NCBI GenBank assembly: GCA_002256025.1
Contig: NKIB01012863.1
Span: forward strand, 1-64,000
DNA: 64,000 nucleotides
Direction: 5' to 3'
Origin: Asterionella formosa
Lineage: Eukaryota
Shown: positions 39,000 to 51,958 of the stretch, one piece after another
Layout: every line of letters starts with the position of its first letter
Position numbering within the stretch: position 1 is the stretch's first letter
The notes under the pieces: generated by a model
The model's input: only the letters and a program-made list of their open reading frames with translations
The model's database searches: none
What the model was told of the DNA's origin: nothing
Translations under genes and position numbers: made by a program

Positions 39000-40588
39000 A
39001 TGAGCTCCTATTTCAGCTACATCTTTGGCTCACCCTCACACAACAAAGCAGAGCTACCTGATGCACACATATCATCGCATACCGGTAATACGTTGGCACC
39101 GATAGTATTGGGCAAGAACGACGACGACGACGACAACAATACGGATCGACAAGACCCAGAAGCGCCAGATGAAACAACCACCCTGCTATCGCAACCGCCG
39201 CCAACAGCAACAACAGCCGCCAAGTCAAGAACACAGCTCTTCTTCTTTCCTGATACAAACCCTACAATTCAACAATACTATCGCTTTACAGCGTCCTCCA
39301 TGACACCCTTTTGCGCACTTCACAAGAGACCCGCGGCGGCACAACACGGGGTCACCGGGTTGCTCAGACGATCCGCGGTGCTTCCCTCCCATGGAACGGA
39401 CCCGACTGGAGAATGGATACTGGTGAGCGTTGGCGGGCGCTCGGGATGGGCTCGCAAAGCCACTACGGCTGGATTTTCGCATGCGCCAAAGTTTGCTGCC
39501 ACGGAGGCGTGGATGGGAAATCACGTATTTGTGTGGCAAGGGAAGATTATGCTGGGATCGGACGCTCCGCTGTTTTTCTTTACCAATGCGCTGTTGATGG
39601 TGGGACTTTTGTTGCAGTACGTTGTCTTATTACCCAAACTAGATCGCCCCTGGATAGGGACTGTGAGATGGCACTACTACTTTACCACCATTTTCGGCAT
39701 TGCCACGTTTGTTTATTTGTGGCTATCGGCTACCATGGATCCAGGGATCTTGCCAGCCATGTCGTCTCCCATCAAACCAGCCCCTCCTGAAGGGGAGCAA
39801 GTCGGAGGACCCTTGGGATATCGATACTGTGCAACCTGCAACATTTTTAGGCCACCAAGGAGTAAACATTGCAATTCATGCAATGTTTGTGTCAGTCAAT
39901 TTGACCAGTGAGTTTGTTCCATTGCATTGATACCGGAATGATAAATACGTTTTATTGTTTACATGTTTATGTGCATTCAGCGATCTTACACTATTCTTTC
40001 TTCAGCCACTGCCCATGGACTGGGAACTGTATTGGAGAGCGCAATCATCGATATTTTTTCGCTTTTTTGATTTCCCTTTCGGTATTAACCATTTTTATCT
40101 CATTGACATGCATACAACTACTCTTATCTGCCTATGAAGAAGAGTTGATTGAAAATGGAATGGGGCCTGTAACCACAAATGCGACTTTGTCAGAAGAAAT
40201 TATCCATGCTCATCGATTTTGGGATGCCATTATCAGCATGCCTGTTGTTGTCTGTTTTGGAACCTTCTGTCTTGTATGTGCTTGGTCATTGACATCGCTC
40301 CTATGCTTTCATGCCTTAATCATATCACTGGCTCAAACGACAAATGAACGGGTCCGCAATGTCTATCAACATGGTAGGAATCACAATTCTGCAGATCAAG
40401 GGTGTTGGCGGAATTGGAGACAAGCCTTGTGTGCCAAACGACCACCATCACGACTGCCATGTGACTTTAGTCAACTCGTTGTGTGTCAACCATGTGAATT
40501 ACCTGAATCTGTTTGGAGTCCACCTCTTGGGGATGTGGATGAAACACAGACTAATACCAGTAGTAGTAATGGTGGTATGCCACAATAA
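39000..40588 (+). CDS. DHHC palmitoyltransferase (ZDHHC9/ERF2-like); intron 39908-40005
   Basis: [40 protein letters not shown] and TTNE; splicing restores DHHC. Confidence 0.95.
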
Positions 40589-40650
40589 AGACTATCAATG
40601 TTTGCTGCCTGATAAGGAATTAGATATATACTGGTACACATTGCTCACTT

Positions 40651-43600
40651 TCAAAGATTTGCATCTGCGTAAGTGAAAGTATTGTTGCTTAACTCTGAAG
40701 TAGTGAGAGAAATTAAAAGTCCAATCTCTGTGGGAACTGTTCCAGTGAGTTTGTTGTTACTAAACCACAACTGTTGGAGGCTTGTCATCAGTCCAATCTC
40801 TGAAGGAATTGTGCCAGTGAATTTATTGCCATCTATGAAAAGAAGAATGAGACTAGTCAAAAATCCAAACTCAGTTGGAATTTTACCAGTAAATGCATTT
40901 TTACTCAACCTCAAATCAATGAGGCTTGTCAAGAGTCCAATTGTTGTGGGGAGTGTACCAATGAAACTATTGTTCGTTCCATACAGCTTAGACAGCATTG
41001 TCAAGTGCCCAATCTCTGTAGGGAACGCACCTGTTAATTTATTGATGCTCAATGACAGAGAAGTAAGTCTTGTCAAAAGTCTAACCTCTCTAGGGACTGT
41101 ACCAGTGAATGAACAACTGATCACTGATAACTCATTTAGGTTTGTCAAGAATCCAATCTCAGTGGGGATTGTACCTGTGAAATTACCAGTATTGTCACCA
41201 AGCCTGAGATAATTGAGACTTGTCATCATACCAATCTCTGTGGGGAGTGTGCCAGTTAGTGTATTACTGTTCAATGCCAAAGACCTGATGCTGGTCAAGA
41301 GGCCAAGCTCTGTGGGGAGTGTTCCATTGAATGCATTGTCATTCAATTCCAGTCGCTGGAGTCTAGTCAAGAGCCCAATCTCTGTAGGGAGTGTACCAGT
41401 AAGACCGCTGGTGATCAAGCGCAGAAGCCTGATGCTGGTTATGAGTCCAATCTCTACAGGGAGTGTTCCTGTGAATTTATTATTGTTCATAACCAGAGAA
41501 ATAGCACTTGTCAGGAGTCCAATTTCAGTAGGGACTGTGCCAGTGAATTCATTATTGCTAAATGACAGTTGAGCAAGACTTGTCAAGAGTCCAATCTCAG
41601 AAGGAATAGTACCTATGAAATTATTGGAAAGCATTGAAAAAGATGTCATACTGGTCAAGTAGCCAATCTCTGTCGGAAGTGCACCTGTAAATAAATTGAT
41701 GCCAATGCTTAGTACTTTGAGGCTTGTCAAGTTTCCAATTTCAGTAGGAATTGTGCCATTAAAAGAATTGTACCTCAAATCCAACATTTCCAGGCTTGAA
41801 GAGTGGAAAATTTCAGTTGGAAGTGCACCACTGAATTTATTATTTACCAATAGCAATGTTGAAAGGCTTGCAAAATTACTAAGGATTGGCAGTGTCCCAG
41901 ATAAAGCATTGTTGCTCAGTTCCAAGTAGGCAAGGCTTGTCAAGGCACCCACCTCGGTGGGAATTGTTCCAGAAAAGGCGTTGATGCCCAAAGACAAATA
42001 TCTAAGGTTTGAACAAATTCCAATTGCGGTTGGAATTTTTCCAACCAAGTTACCATTTCTAGAAGTAGCACTACCAGTTGCACGAAAATACAACATGCCT
42101 GACAAAAATCCAATCTCACTTGGAAGAGTGCCAGTAAATCCACTTCCAGATACATCCAAATGGGTAAGCCTTGTCAGCCTGAAAAGAACAGAAGGAATTG
42201 TAGTGCCCGCATGAAAGTTTATACTCTTGGTGGACAAGTGTTGCAATTGAATCAAGTTTCCAATTTGATTGGGAAATTCTCCAGAAAGGCGGTTGGGACC
42301 CAAAGAAATGTATGTCAAGCTGGTCAAGAGTCCTAGCTCAGTTGGTAGGGTCCCGGTCAAATCATTTCCAAGATCGTCTCCTCCAAGATTCAAATGTTCT
42401 AAACAGCAAAGAAAGAATAGTAAGCACATCGTTGCCAGCCACTTTCCAGGATTATTTCAAGGGCATGTCATCAATAAGGATACTTACGGAGCATCGTCAA
42501 CTGGCCCAACTCTGAACTGATTCTGCCTGATAGCAAAACATTTTCGCCAAAATCCAAGGAGGCTAGCAAATAATTTCAAACAGCTGAAAAGTGAGGCACA
42601 TGTTAAAAAATATAGCAAATGAATGTTTTCAATCACATGTGGCTTACTCAGATCTATCAATTTTCCAAGACCAGATGGTAGTTGTGCAATAACATTCTGT
42701 GAAAAATTTAGGTAATCTATCAAGAGAAAAAATAAAGGAGGGCATTTGAAGTTAGAAAATAATTCCTACTGCACAGTGTGTATTTTGCACATCTCCATTT
42801 CTAAACAAACATACCTAAGTTTGACATCTGTCCCAAGGTTGAAGGTAGCTCACTAATACCATTGCTGCTAAAATCAATGTGCTCTATTTTTCATGAGCAA
42901 AGAAGAAATAAAATGTTAGATATAAGGAATGATTCCTTCAGCACAACAAAGTTGCAAAGCTGATCTTACTCAAACTTTGATCGAGTGCTGCTATTTCTGG
43001 GGGAATGGATCCAATAAGGCCATTGCCACTAAGTTGCAAAGATGTAATGAAAGTACCATTGCAATGAACCCCTTTCCAATCACAAAGATTGTATAATTGA
43101 CTTAGATCTTTCCCCAACCATTGATCAGGAAACAAGCTGTCACTGAATGAAATGGTACTGTACCATTGGCTGCCAAAAGTTTCATAATATAGCACCACTA
43201 AAACATAGTATTGCAAGAGAGTGTAGTCCATGGAGCGATCAAATAGCTCAGTCTCCAACCATTGCATTGCCCGCTGTTGTGAGGTTCCAGTTGTTGTGAG
43301 GGACAAGCCGCTGTCAAATGAATTTTGAGCCAAAAATCCAAACAAGCTTGTTGATGGAGTTGCTGATGGAGCGCCAGAAGGAAAATATGAAGGCACTGCG
43401 GATGGGCTTCCAGATGGTGCCAGTGATGGAATAAAAGAAGTTGTAGGCGCCAGTGTAATAACGAATTTGGGTTTGGGACCAGTTTTTACAACAACAACAG
43501 CAATAACAGCAACCAATATGCTAGTCAGCATGAATGACACCAAATATGCTCTCATTCGACGTTGTCGTTGCGCCTGCTCTTCAGCTTTCATGTCCACAAC

Positions 43601-44497
43601 AGTTGCACTTGCAAGTGTGGTATCATCAACAAGTGTTGCATTCAGTGTTGTTGTCATTTCTTCTTGACTTTCACCGTGGTCTGTCTGCGAGGGTGGTATG
43701 ACCACAAATGAGAAGGAATCATGTGGTTCCCTGAACCCTGGCCCTCCTATGGCAAAGGCTCCTGGTCTTACTTGCTGTGGTAGTGTGAAGATGACTTGAC
43801 GATGCTCTGATGATACCTCAACTGGTGACACTGGGATAGAAAGGTGACTAGAATGTTCCAAATCAATCGGTGTGGTAGTATGTTTGGCTTCTTGATGAAT
43901 TGCAAATTCCTCTGATGTTGCGTCCCATTTTTCCACTTTTGTTTCTCCAACCAAAATTCGATTTTTCTCCACATGTGTGTCACTTTTCTTGGCTTCTTGC
44001 GGAGTAGATATTTCCTCAAGTTTTTCTTCCTTTTCTTCGTCGTCGACTTCCTCAGCAAATAATGGATGTTCAATATGCGTGTCACCTTTCTTGGCTTCTT
44101 GAGGAGTCGATAATTCCTCTACTTTTATTTCCCTTTCTTCCGTTTTGGCTTCTTCAGCAAATATGCGACACTGGTGATCAGGGATGCCGGGGCTGTGCCT
44201 TCGGTTGCTGTGCTGTTTCACAGAGAGGTGGTCTCTATCACGACCACGATTCCTAGTACTACTAGACTCAAGAACATTCGTCTCGCCGAGAAGCGATGAC
44301 TGTTCAATGCCATCACTCTCATAGGATCGGCTAGTTAACGCAGACACAATTTCACTGGGTACTAGCGAGACTCCATTATCCAGATTCTCTGAACCAGACG
44401 TACTTTCCGGTAGGCAACTAGGAGGATTCTCCTCATCATAGACACAGTTGCGTACCACGGCTTTGCTTGTGTTGTTCTCGTTATCACCGGCGAACAT
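40651..44497 (-). CDS. LRR receptor-like transmembrane protein (multi-exon; several short introns between about 42400 and 42970)
   Basis: Disordered N-terminus with PGAFAIG, one TM segment, a PS-rich stalk, the CDWKGVHC cap and more than 20 plant-type 24-aa LRRs (FTGTxPTEIGLLTSL). Confidence 0.9.
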
Positions 44498-45422
44498 GGC
44501 TGAAGTTGCTGAATGTGCTAGCTAGACCACTAGTGTAGTTGAGTAATGAATGGTCCGGAAGGATTGCTGATATTGTGAACGAAGTGTGATGTTATTATTC
44601 TTTATGGAGAGATTTTAATCTCGAATCGATACAAGCGATGTGGAATACGGTATGTAGGATGACGATGAATGATCGATGATGTACGAACAAATGTGCATTT
44701 CTCGCCATATATTACTTATTCATTTATACATAGAGTCATTTACAATCGCTTTGTAACATTGTCGAATTCATTTTACTTATGGAAACTTCATTCAGTTCAG
44801 GAGCGATGTATTCTATTTTTACATACCGGTAGTCTTTAATCAAATATATCATAGCTACAAACTCATACTGTAAACGTGTATATATCAGGAATTGCATACC
44901 TGTACATTTCAGTCTCATATTTTCTAGAACAACTTCCTGTATACTGACACCGTGGCTATGACACATAAGTATACATGTTGAAGTACATAGTTCAAAACGT
45001 ACGCACGAACACTAAGTGTTTACATACTTTTGATGGTACATTCATATCCATTCTTGCAGAATACCCGGTATGTGTAACAGGTAGGGGAATAATAATTACA
45101 CGTTAGTTGAATAAAGCATTTAGTAATGGTTTCCTTATGTCCGGCAACACATGAATTTGTCGTGATTCAATCAGTTGCAGTTTACATCGTGATCCGGTTT
45201 TCCTTTACTATTGTTTTATGTTGTATATTGCATATTTGCAAAGGGAACAATCATTTAGTCAGTAAATATTACCTCAGCTTGAACGAAAGTGTGTTGTTGT
45301 TCAGTCTAGTATTCCTACGATACCAGTACTACGCATACGTCGCTTTCTGTTCTTATGATAATACACATAATTCCTAAAAGATCACTTTTTGCCTTTTTCG
45401 AATTCTTTTATCTGAAACAATC

Positions 45423-46520
45423 ATGTTGCACCGCTTCTTCTTTCTTGCTGTGGCTACCACATTGGGGATTATCCATGTGGCAAACGCTGGGACTTGTACG
45501 CTTTGCTATGGTGGTGTTGAACCTACGAAAGCCCTGGATGTGCCCATCTACACTGGCCTTAATGTTACATGTGGAGACAGGGTGAACGAACTCATAACTG
45601 ATCCTAATTATCAAACTTATACGTTTACAAGTGATTTCTGTCTAGGCTTTCAGGAAAGATCTGCTGTCGAATGTGGATGCCCTCGCCCACCGGTCAACCT
45701 CACAAAATGCAACCTTTGCGTCGACGGGTCGTTACCTCCTGATTTGTTGCTCCCTGTTCCAATAAACAAGATGAAAGAAGTTATCATCGGCAACTGTGGG
45801 GATCTTTTAGCAACCTCACTCGGAAATGGTGGAGCTCCGATTTGCCAAGGCACCCAGATCCTTGGTCTATCGAACTGTAACTGTCCAATTCCAGCAGCGC
45901 TGGCGTCCAACTGCCCACTATGCAGTGAGGGAATTGATGTTCCAGCACCGGATACTGTACTTGTCCCTGGCCTAACATGCAAAGGACTTGCCCGTGCTGC
46001 AAGAGTGCAGCTAGGAAATGCATGCACAGCTTTTCAGGATGTTGGGGGATACTATTGCGGATGCCCAACTGTTTCCGGCAATGACACTTGTAGTATCTGT
46101 GGTGAGGGAGTTCCTTTACCCGAACCAGCCAGAATTATTACACTTTTTACGGGAGCTCTTGCTCCATGTTTCGAGTTTGAACTCTTGGGTACTGTGGATC
46201 CAACTACCTGCCCTACCTACAAATCCCTGGCTGGCCCAGGGTGCTGCTCGTCCGGTCCTTACAGTGCTAACAATGCAACCGGCAATCCTGAACCATTACC
46301 TCCTGCTACAACTGCTCCTGTTGTGAGCGGTGCCCCTGCCGGAACCGGAAGTGCGGATACCCCTGCTCCTGTCATTCCAAAAGCAAATAATTCTGCTCCT
46401 CCTGTCGCACCAGCAGGTACTCCTGCTCCAGTTGTCATCACGAGTGACAGTAACGGCTTGAAAGTTGGAGAAGGAACTCTTGGGTTGGTTGTCTTTATGT
46501 TCTTTTTCCAATTATTGTGA
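45423..46520 (+). CDS. Secreted Cys-rich repeat protein with Pro/Ala stalk and possible GPI signal
   Basis: Signal peptide, four CxL/IC...CGC/CNC modules, a PAP-rich region and a hydrophobic C-terminus. Confidence 0.85.
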   Translation: MLHRFFFLAVATTLGIIHVANAGTCTLCYGGVEPTKALDVPIYTGLNVTCGDRVNELITDPNYQTYTFTSDFCLGFQERSAVECGCPRPPVNLTKCNLCVDGSLPPDLLLPVPINKMKEVIIGNCGDLLATSLGNGGAPICQGTQILGLSNCNCPIPAALASNCPLCSEGIDVPAPDTVLVPGLTCKGLARAARVQLGNACTAFQDVGGYYCGCPTVSGNDTCSICGEGVPLPEPARIITLFTGALAPCFEFELLGTVDPTTCPTYKSLAGPGCCSSGPYSANNATGNPEPLPPATTAPVVSGAPAGTGSADTPAPVIPKANNSAPPVAPAGTPAPVVITSDSNGLKVGEGTLGLVVFMFFFQLL

Positions 46521-46931
46521 TTTGTGTACCTGTGATGATAAAATGGACACCGCCATGTGATTTAAAAAAATTGAAATGTTTAGTTAAACAAAACTGTCGC
46601 TTCTTTTTGTTCTCCACTTTGTTCCCTGTTGTATCAGATGGAACACCTTGAGAACAGTGTGTACATAGCATTGCGCCAACATGTGTTTCCATCGCAGCCG
46701 TCGTTCGGGCAAAATGTTTGCATGTATTGAATGGACGTCCTCCATATGTTATCGAAGGCGTCAATGTAGCGTTATTTTCAAAATGTTGATCGGCGAACCT
46801 GGTTCAATAACTAGACAGCTGCCGGGATAGTAGCTCTGAGTCTACAAAAATAATAATTGATAAAGCGTCTAGGTACAACATGAGCCATTGTATTAGGTTA
46901 GAATGACAATCACTATGACTGAAGCACAAAC

Positions 46932-48071
46932 TCAACAATCACCAAAGACGCTCTGTTCAGTAAAGTTTTGATCCTCCACAAACTCAAAGCCGGCCCGGGT
47001 ATACAAAAAGTAGCAAACAGGCCGGGCCCTTGCGCTTGTATTGGGCATACCTCGATGGATGGTACGATAATCATACACAAGAAAATTTCCTTTGTTCAAT
47101 ATTCCTTTCGTCCCACCAGGCAATGCTTGTTCCCCCTTTTTCGCCAGCAACTTTGAGTATTTGTGAGACCCAGCCCAGAATTCAGTATAACCCGTCTCCT
47201 CGTTAAGATCAATCAATGGACAAAAGACACAAAGTGCATGGACAGGCGCCGCAGCATCTGAATCGTCCAATGTGGACGAGTCGCCTACGTGAACACCATC
47301 AGAATGCCAGTATTGAACTTCCGTCCCAGGCAAGGACAGCACACAACCACATCGTAAAAGGATGAAATCTTTTCCTAGCAGAGATTGTACAAATAAAAGC
47401 CATCCCCCGTCCCTTTTTCCCAATCTGTTCCAAATGGCGCCCTCATCATTGGATCCCTCCCCGCAACGATCCAATCGAAAATCAAATCGATTGTCATCAC
47501 GAGCCATAATTTCTTTGAAATGTTTCTTCTTGTCAGTTCGTTCCAATAAAGCTCCATATAGTCGTTCAAATTCTGTCATGACATGTGTTTCCAGTTCCAC
47601 TAAATCGTCCGGCTGAACGCCAATGTTATTCAAAGTCACCACACCGTATTGTTCAAAGATTCCTTTCGCCCAATCCTCCTCCACAACGGGCAGAGGTGTT
47701 GGCAGGACAGGTATAGGAGTGTCGACAAGTACCAGCAATACTTCGGCATTCCCCACCACGTTGTATTGTTGTTGAAGGAGTCGCTGCACCATTTCCTCAC
47801 AGACCGCATCAGCGCTTGAGTCGTCGTCTGATTCTAGAGTCAAGATTCCAGATACTTCCAAATATCGCAACGGATACGACAGCTGAGGATGAACCAATTC
47901 ACCGACTCGATTGTGCGTTGTGAGAAACTGTGGTGACGAGTTAACTGTTTCCCATGCCGACAGTAGTTGTTCCGGGGAAATAGAAGGCTGCGTCGGGAGG
48001 ACGGCGAAAAAGCATCCAAACCTTCGGCTCATGGATTCATCATTCTTTGGTGAACTTTTACTGCAGATCAT
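46932..48071 (-). CDS. PhyH-like 2OG-Fe(II) dioxygenase
   Basis: Motifs QYWHSDG, VFCPLIDL, TEFWAGSH, YDYRTIHRG and RPVCY. Confidence 0.85.
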   Translation of the reverse strand: MICSKSSPKNDESMSRRFGCFFAVLPTQPSISPEQLLSAWETVNSSPQFLTTHNRVGELVHPQLSYPLRYLEVSGILTLESDDDSSADAVCEEMVQRLLQQQYNVVGNAEVLLVLVDTPIPVLPTPLPVVEEDWAKGIFEQYGVVTLNNIGVQPDDLVELETHVMTEFERLYGALLERTDKKKHFKEIMARDDNRFDFRLDRCGEGSNDEGAIWNRLGKRDGGWLLFVQSLLGKDFILLRCGCVLSLPGTEVQYWHSDGVHVGDSSTLDDSDAAAPVHALCVFCPLIDLNEETGYTEFWAGSHKYSKLLAKKGEQALPGGTKGILNKGNFLVYDYRTIHRGMPNTSARARPVCYFLYTRAGFEFVEDQNFTEQSVFGDC

Positions 48072-48913
48072 TGTACGTTCATAGCGGCCCTTGCTACGGC
48101 GATAGGACGACCAGTTGTTGTAGTTATCAGAGGAAGTGACCGAGGGGTGGAGGGAGGACCCCTTCAGAGTATATTTCTAATCCAACCCTTGGCTGGGTTA
48201 CACGGCCGTTGCAGGCCGTCCTCTAGAAACAATTACAGTAATGGTATTCTTTTACCAGACAGTTACCTGGTACCTCGTACCAGGGTACCTGGTACCAGCT
48301 ACCATCAGGTAACACTCCACCTTGAATTATTTTTGTGCACCTTGACGAGGATGAGATAACAAGGATTACCGGTACATAGAATGTAGTAAGTACTGTACGG
48401 TACAATTATATGAACTGTGCATACCGGTATATCTATGTACAATTAACATTTGATAACCGTATCATGATACATGAGTCTACTTCGCTCATGCCACAGCCAC
48501 CGGTATCATAGTATCTGTACTTCTTTGCCAGCTGGTGTATGGATGATTGCTGCCTGCCTGACTCAACAAAATCTGTGATCCATTCCCAAAATGCATTCTG
48601 AAACTATCGTATGTACCGATATGACGATAACTTTGTCAGCTACCGGTACCAGGTATCTGGTACCGGTAACCTAATTTTCAAAGAACTACCGGTAGCATGT
48701 TTGGACATCTACAAGTCCACCTACCGGTAATTCAATCGACATGACCAAATGTGGCCATAATTTTATTGCCGATAGTGTTCTTGCCACTAATTATTATCAA
48801 CACAAACTGCAGCAGCCGTTGCACGGTCGGAGCATCCCTGCTCATCCGATCAATCATTGCACCATCATTACGAAACCATAATACCAACCACCACGAAGCC
48901 AGACTTTACCATC

Positions 48914-50191
48914 ATGAGAATCTTGTTCCTGTTGCTGTCCTCTCTATTGTTCCAATCATCAGTGGTTAATACTTCCTACGCCTTTAATGCTCGTAGTATC
49001 AATCCACATTGGTCGTCGAGGTTGAACTCGATTGCTGTCCCTTCCTCCCAATTGGAAGAAACGCTAACATCTGCCGAACGATCCATCACGTCAGTCGTAC
49101 GCCGTTGTGGTCCAAGTGTTGCCTTCGTGACTAGCGTGTTGCCCATTGCCACGAGACAATCAACAGCTGTTTCCAATCGACCTCCTCAAGGTCGAGGATT
49201 GGGATCGGGATCTGGCTTTATCATTGATGCCAATGGGTACATTGTCACCAATTTTCATGTCATTGAACGAGCATATCAAATTATTCAGCAAGAACAACAA
49301 TCTACACAATGGTTGAAGGAATCAGTTGACACCGTCACACAACAATGCAGTGTGCTTGGAAGTGTCATTAATTCCACATTTCAACAAATCCCTATCACTG
49401 TTCCACTGCCACAGGTGTTTGTTAGAATCAATTCTGCATCTCAGTATAAACGTTGTCGGATTGTAAGTGTTCAACCTGAATTGGATGTGGCAGTTTTGAA
49501 AATCATCAATACGACAACGGCAGATCGATTGTCTACTGTAGCATTTGGTAGTTCCGGATCATTGTTGGTGGGACAGTCCTTGGTGGCCATTGGCAATCCC
49601 TTCGGATTGGATCAAACGGTCACGACAGGAGTCGTGTCTGCGTTGGATCGAGAAATTGCCACTTCCACTTCTGGGAAAATTCGAAATTGCATTCAAACAG
49701 ACGCGTCTATCAATCCAGGCAATTCTGGTGGTCCATTGCTTAATTTAAATTCACAAGTTGTGGGGATCAATACAGCCATTGTAACGACATCCGGTTCTAG
49801 TGCTGGCATTGGATTTGCAGTACCGTCGGACAAGATTGAACCTGTGGTGCGAGACATGATTCGTAAAGATAAGGCGGAACAAGGATTACGTCCAAAAATG
49901 GGCTTTCTAGGTGTTACTATTATTAAGGGCAAATCTGGAAACTGGATCAATTCGGTTGCTCCTGGTTCTCTTGCAGAAATGGCAGGTCTCCGAGGAATCC
50001 AAACCAGCGTCGAAACTGGGTTGCTATCTTTTGGAGACTCCATTGTTGCCATTGGTGGTAAAGCGGTGGAGTCATATGTTGAATTAGAACAAGAACTACA
50101 ATCTCGAGTTCGAGACGAAGAAGTTGCCATCACCTTGCAAAATGCAAAAGGGGAACGAAGGATTTCGTATATCAAGCTTGGATCAAAGTAG
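48914..50191 (+). CDS. DegP/HtrA serine protease with PDZ domain, probably plastid-targeted
   Basis: GSGSGF, TNFHV, DVAVLK and DASINPGNSGGPL cover the catalytic triad. Signal peptide followed by YAF. Confidence 0.93.
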   Translation: MRILFLLLSSLLFQSSVVNTSYAFNARSINPHWSSRLNSIAVPSSQLEETLTSAERSITSVVRRCGPSVAFVTSVLPIATRQSTAVSNRPPQGRGLGSGSGFIIDANGYIVTNFHVIERAYQIIQQEQQSTQWLKESVDTVTQQCSVLGSVINSTFQQIPITVPLPQVFVRINSASQYKRCRIVSVQPELDVAVLKIINTTTADRLSTVAFGSSGSLLVGQSLVAIGNPFGLDQTVTTGVVSALDREIATSTSGKIRNCIQTDASINPGNSGGPLLNLNSQVVGINTAIVTTSGSSAGIGFAVPSDKIEPVVRDMIRKDKAEQGLRPKMGFLGVTIIKGKSGNWINSVAPGSLAEMAGLRGIQTSVETGLLSFGDSIVAIGGKAVESYVELEQELQSRVRDEEVAITLQNAKGERRISYIKLGSK

Positions 50192-50299
50192 AGTGCACAA
50201 TGCATTCTACTACTTACTCACCTAAAGTGGAACGAAGGATTTCGTATATCAAGCTTGGATTAAAATAGATTGCACAATGCATTCTACTACTTACTCACC
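50152..50299. repeat. 77-bp tandem duplication of the DegP 3' end and UTR
   Basis: GGAACGAAGGATTTCGTATATCAAGCTTGGAT...TTACTCACC at 50152 and 50229. Confidence 0.9.
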
Positions 50300-50315
50300 A
50301 AACAACTATAGAGGA

Positions 50316-50987
50316 CTATAGAGGCTGCTCAAGGACGAAGAGACTAGGGGTCTTCATGATACGAATCAACTTGGATGAACCATCCTTGTCGGTTACCTCA
50401 CCTATGAATATATAGTCCCAGACACCACCACCACTGATTTCTTTTTGTACAAGCGTTTGACCAAATAGTCGTACGGTTGATTCCAGAAATTTCACACTAT
50501 TGCGACGACCACTCTTCGCTGCTCTCGTTGCTCGGAGAGAAATTTCTAACGGCCCAAATTGAACAGCGTTGATAAATGTTTCATCATTTACAAATTCTTG
50601 TGTCACTCTTCCATAAAAGGGCCCAACCAGTCGACCTGACGACCCTCCTGGTGCTGCACTATAGACCATGGCATGAATGCCGCGTAGAGGTCGTTGGGTG
50701 GGATTTTTGTCGGAGAGTGACTCTAATGTTTTGGCTAGTTCTTCCAACTTATTTTGGTCTTCTTTTGATGCGAATGATCCAACAGGGCCAATCTTTCTGG
50801 ACATGGCAAGAACTTCTTGAACAAGTTCATCTCGATCCGTCTTCGAGGGGAAACTACGAAAAATCTTGCTTGGCGTGAAGCTCTGATTCATGGCCGAAGA
50901 TTTTTGTCCTGCTAATGGGGAATGAAAGGCACAACTACAAGTAGCCATCAAAATCAAGGCAGAACATAGGATAAATCGAATTGTCAT
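50316..50987 (-). CDS. Plastid-targeted hypothetical protein (possibly PAP/fibrillin-like)
   Basis: Signal peptide followed by CAF; LEELAKTLE helix then beta-rich segments ending SLFVLEQ. Confidence 0.7.
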   Translation of the reverse strand: MTIRFILCSALILMATCSCAFHSPLAGQKSSAMNQSFTPSKIFRSFPSKTDRDELVQEVLAMSRKIGPVGSFASKEDQNKLEELAKTLESLSDKNPTQRPLRGIHAMVYSAAPGGSSGRLVGPFYGRVTQEFVNDETFINAVQFGPLEISLRATRAAKSGRRNSVKFLESTVRLFGQTLVQKEISGGGVWDYIFIGEVTDKDGSSKLIRIMKTPSLFVLEQPL

Positions 50988-51382
50988 CTCCAACGCGTCG
51001 TTTTGAAGATGCGGCTCAATCAATTCGTATGATCCTTTTTGATGGAATCGAATCGATTCAATGTGTGTGAGGAATGATCAATGATTTTGTAATATCTCAT
51101 ATATTCACAAAGGACTGTTTTGCAGCTTGATCATACCGGTAGAATAAAAATGCTGTGCGTGGTCGTCCCACGGCCACTATTTGTACAACACACTATATGT
51201 ACCATTCTCCTATGTAGGAGTTCATAAATGTCCCCATCCTCATACCTCGTCATTTGCTTTTTCGTCGTGTCATCGTCCCAACAAGGATGAAAATCTCATT
51301 CTCCTTGTTACTGGTACTCCCTGGTACCAGGTACCACCTTGTACCGTACAAGGTGGTTATGGCATAGGGTACCTGGTACCTG

Positions 51383-51470
51383 CAAGTTGCGGTCATTTTG
51401 CTTAAACTAACATTTTAATCTGGAATAAAGATAGCTAAATCTTTATTTTCAGCAAAAATACCGCAACTTG
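51383..51470. mobile_element. Tiny MITE, CAAGTTGCG family
   Basis: Perfect 11-bp TIR CAAGTTGCGGT/ACCGCAACTTG with a CTG TSD. Confidence 0.88.
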
Positions 51471-51958
51471 CTGGTATTTAGAGTACCGATAGTACCGTTG
51501 CCTGTACTACTACCTGGTACCAGGTACCTGGGACTGGTGTGCATAAACTTTCCATCTCATAATTATATCACACTACGTCCCCCAACAATTTTTATTGTTC
51601 CCCTACATTCGGTTAGGCTGTGGTTCGTTATTCTTGTTGATCTGCGGTTTCGGTCTTGCTTCTACATGCGTGTTTTAGTCGTACTGGTTAACTCTTTGTC
51701 GTTGTTACCAGTGGTAAATACATACGTGTAATCAAACAGTTGTCACAAGATACGTCGTACACATGATAATTCACGTGCGTTTTCACGTGATCATATTTAA
51801 CGTACCAGCTACCAGCTACCAGGGGTACCCTCAACTGACGAAAGGAAGAAGCCGCCGACAAGGAAAGCTAAAATGGCACGACCTGAGCGATTACGTTTTG
51901 GCTACCGGTAACATATTTAGAAAGCATCCATAAAAAGAAAAATATTCTATATGCTATT

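Noticed and set aside
40673..42520. Long plus-strand ORFs opposite the LRR gene (similar ones lie opposite PYC, DegP and the paralog pair)
   Set aside because: Antisense shadows of real coding sequence.
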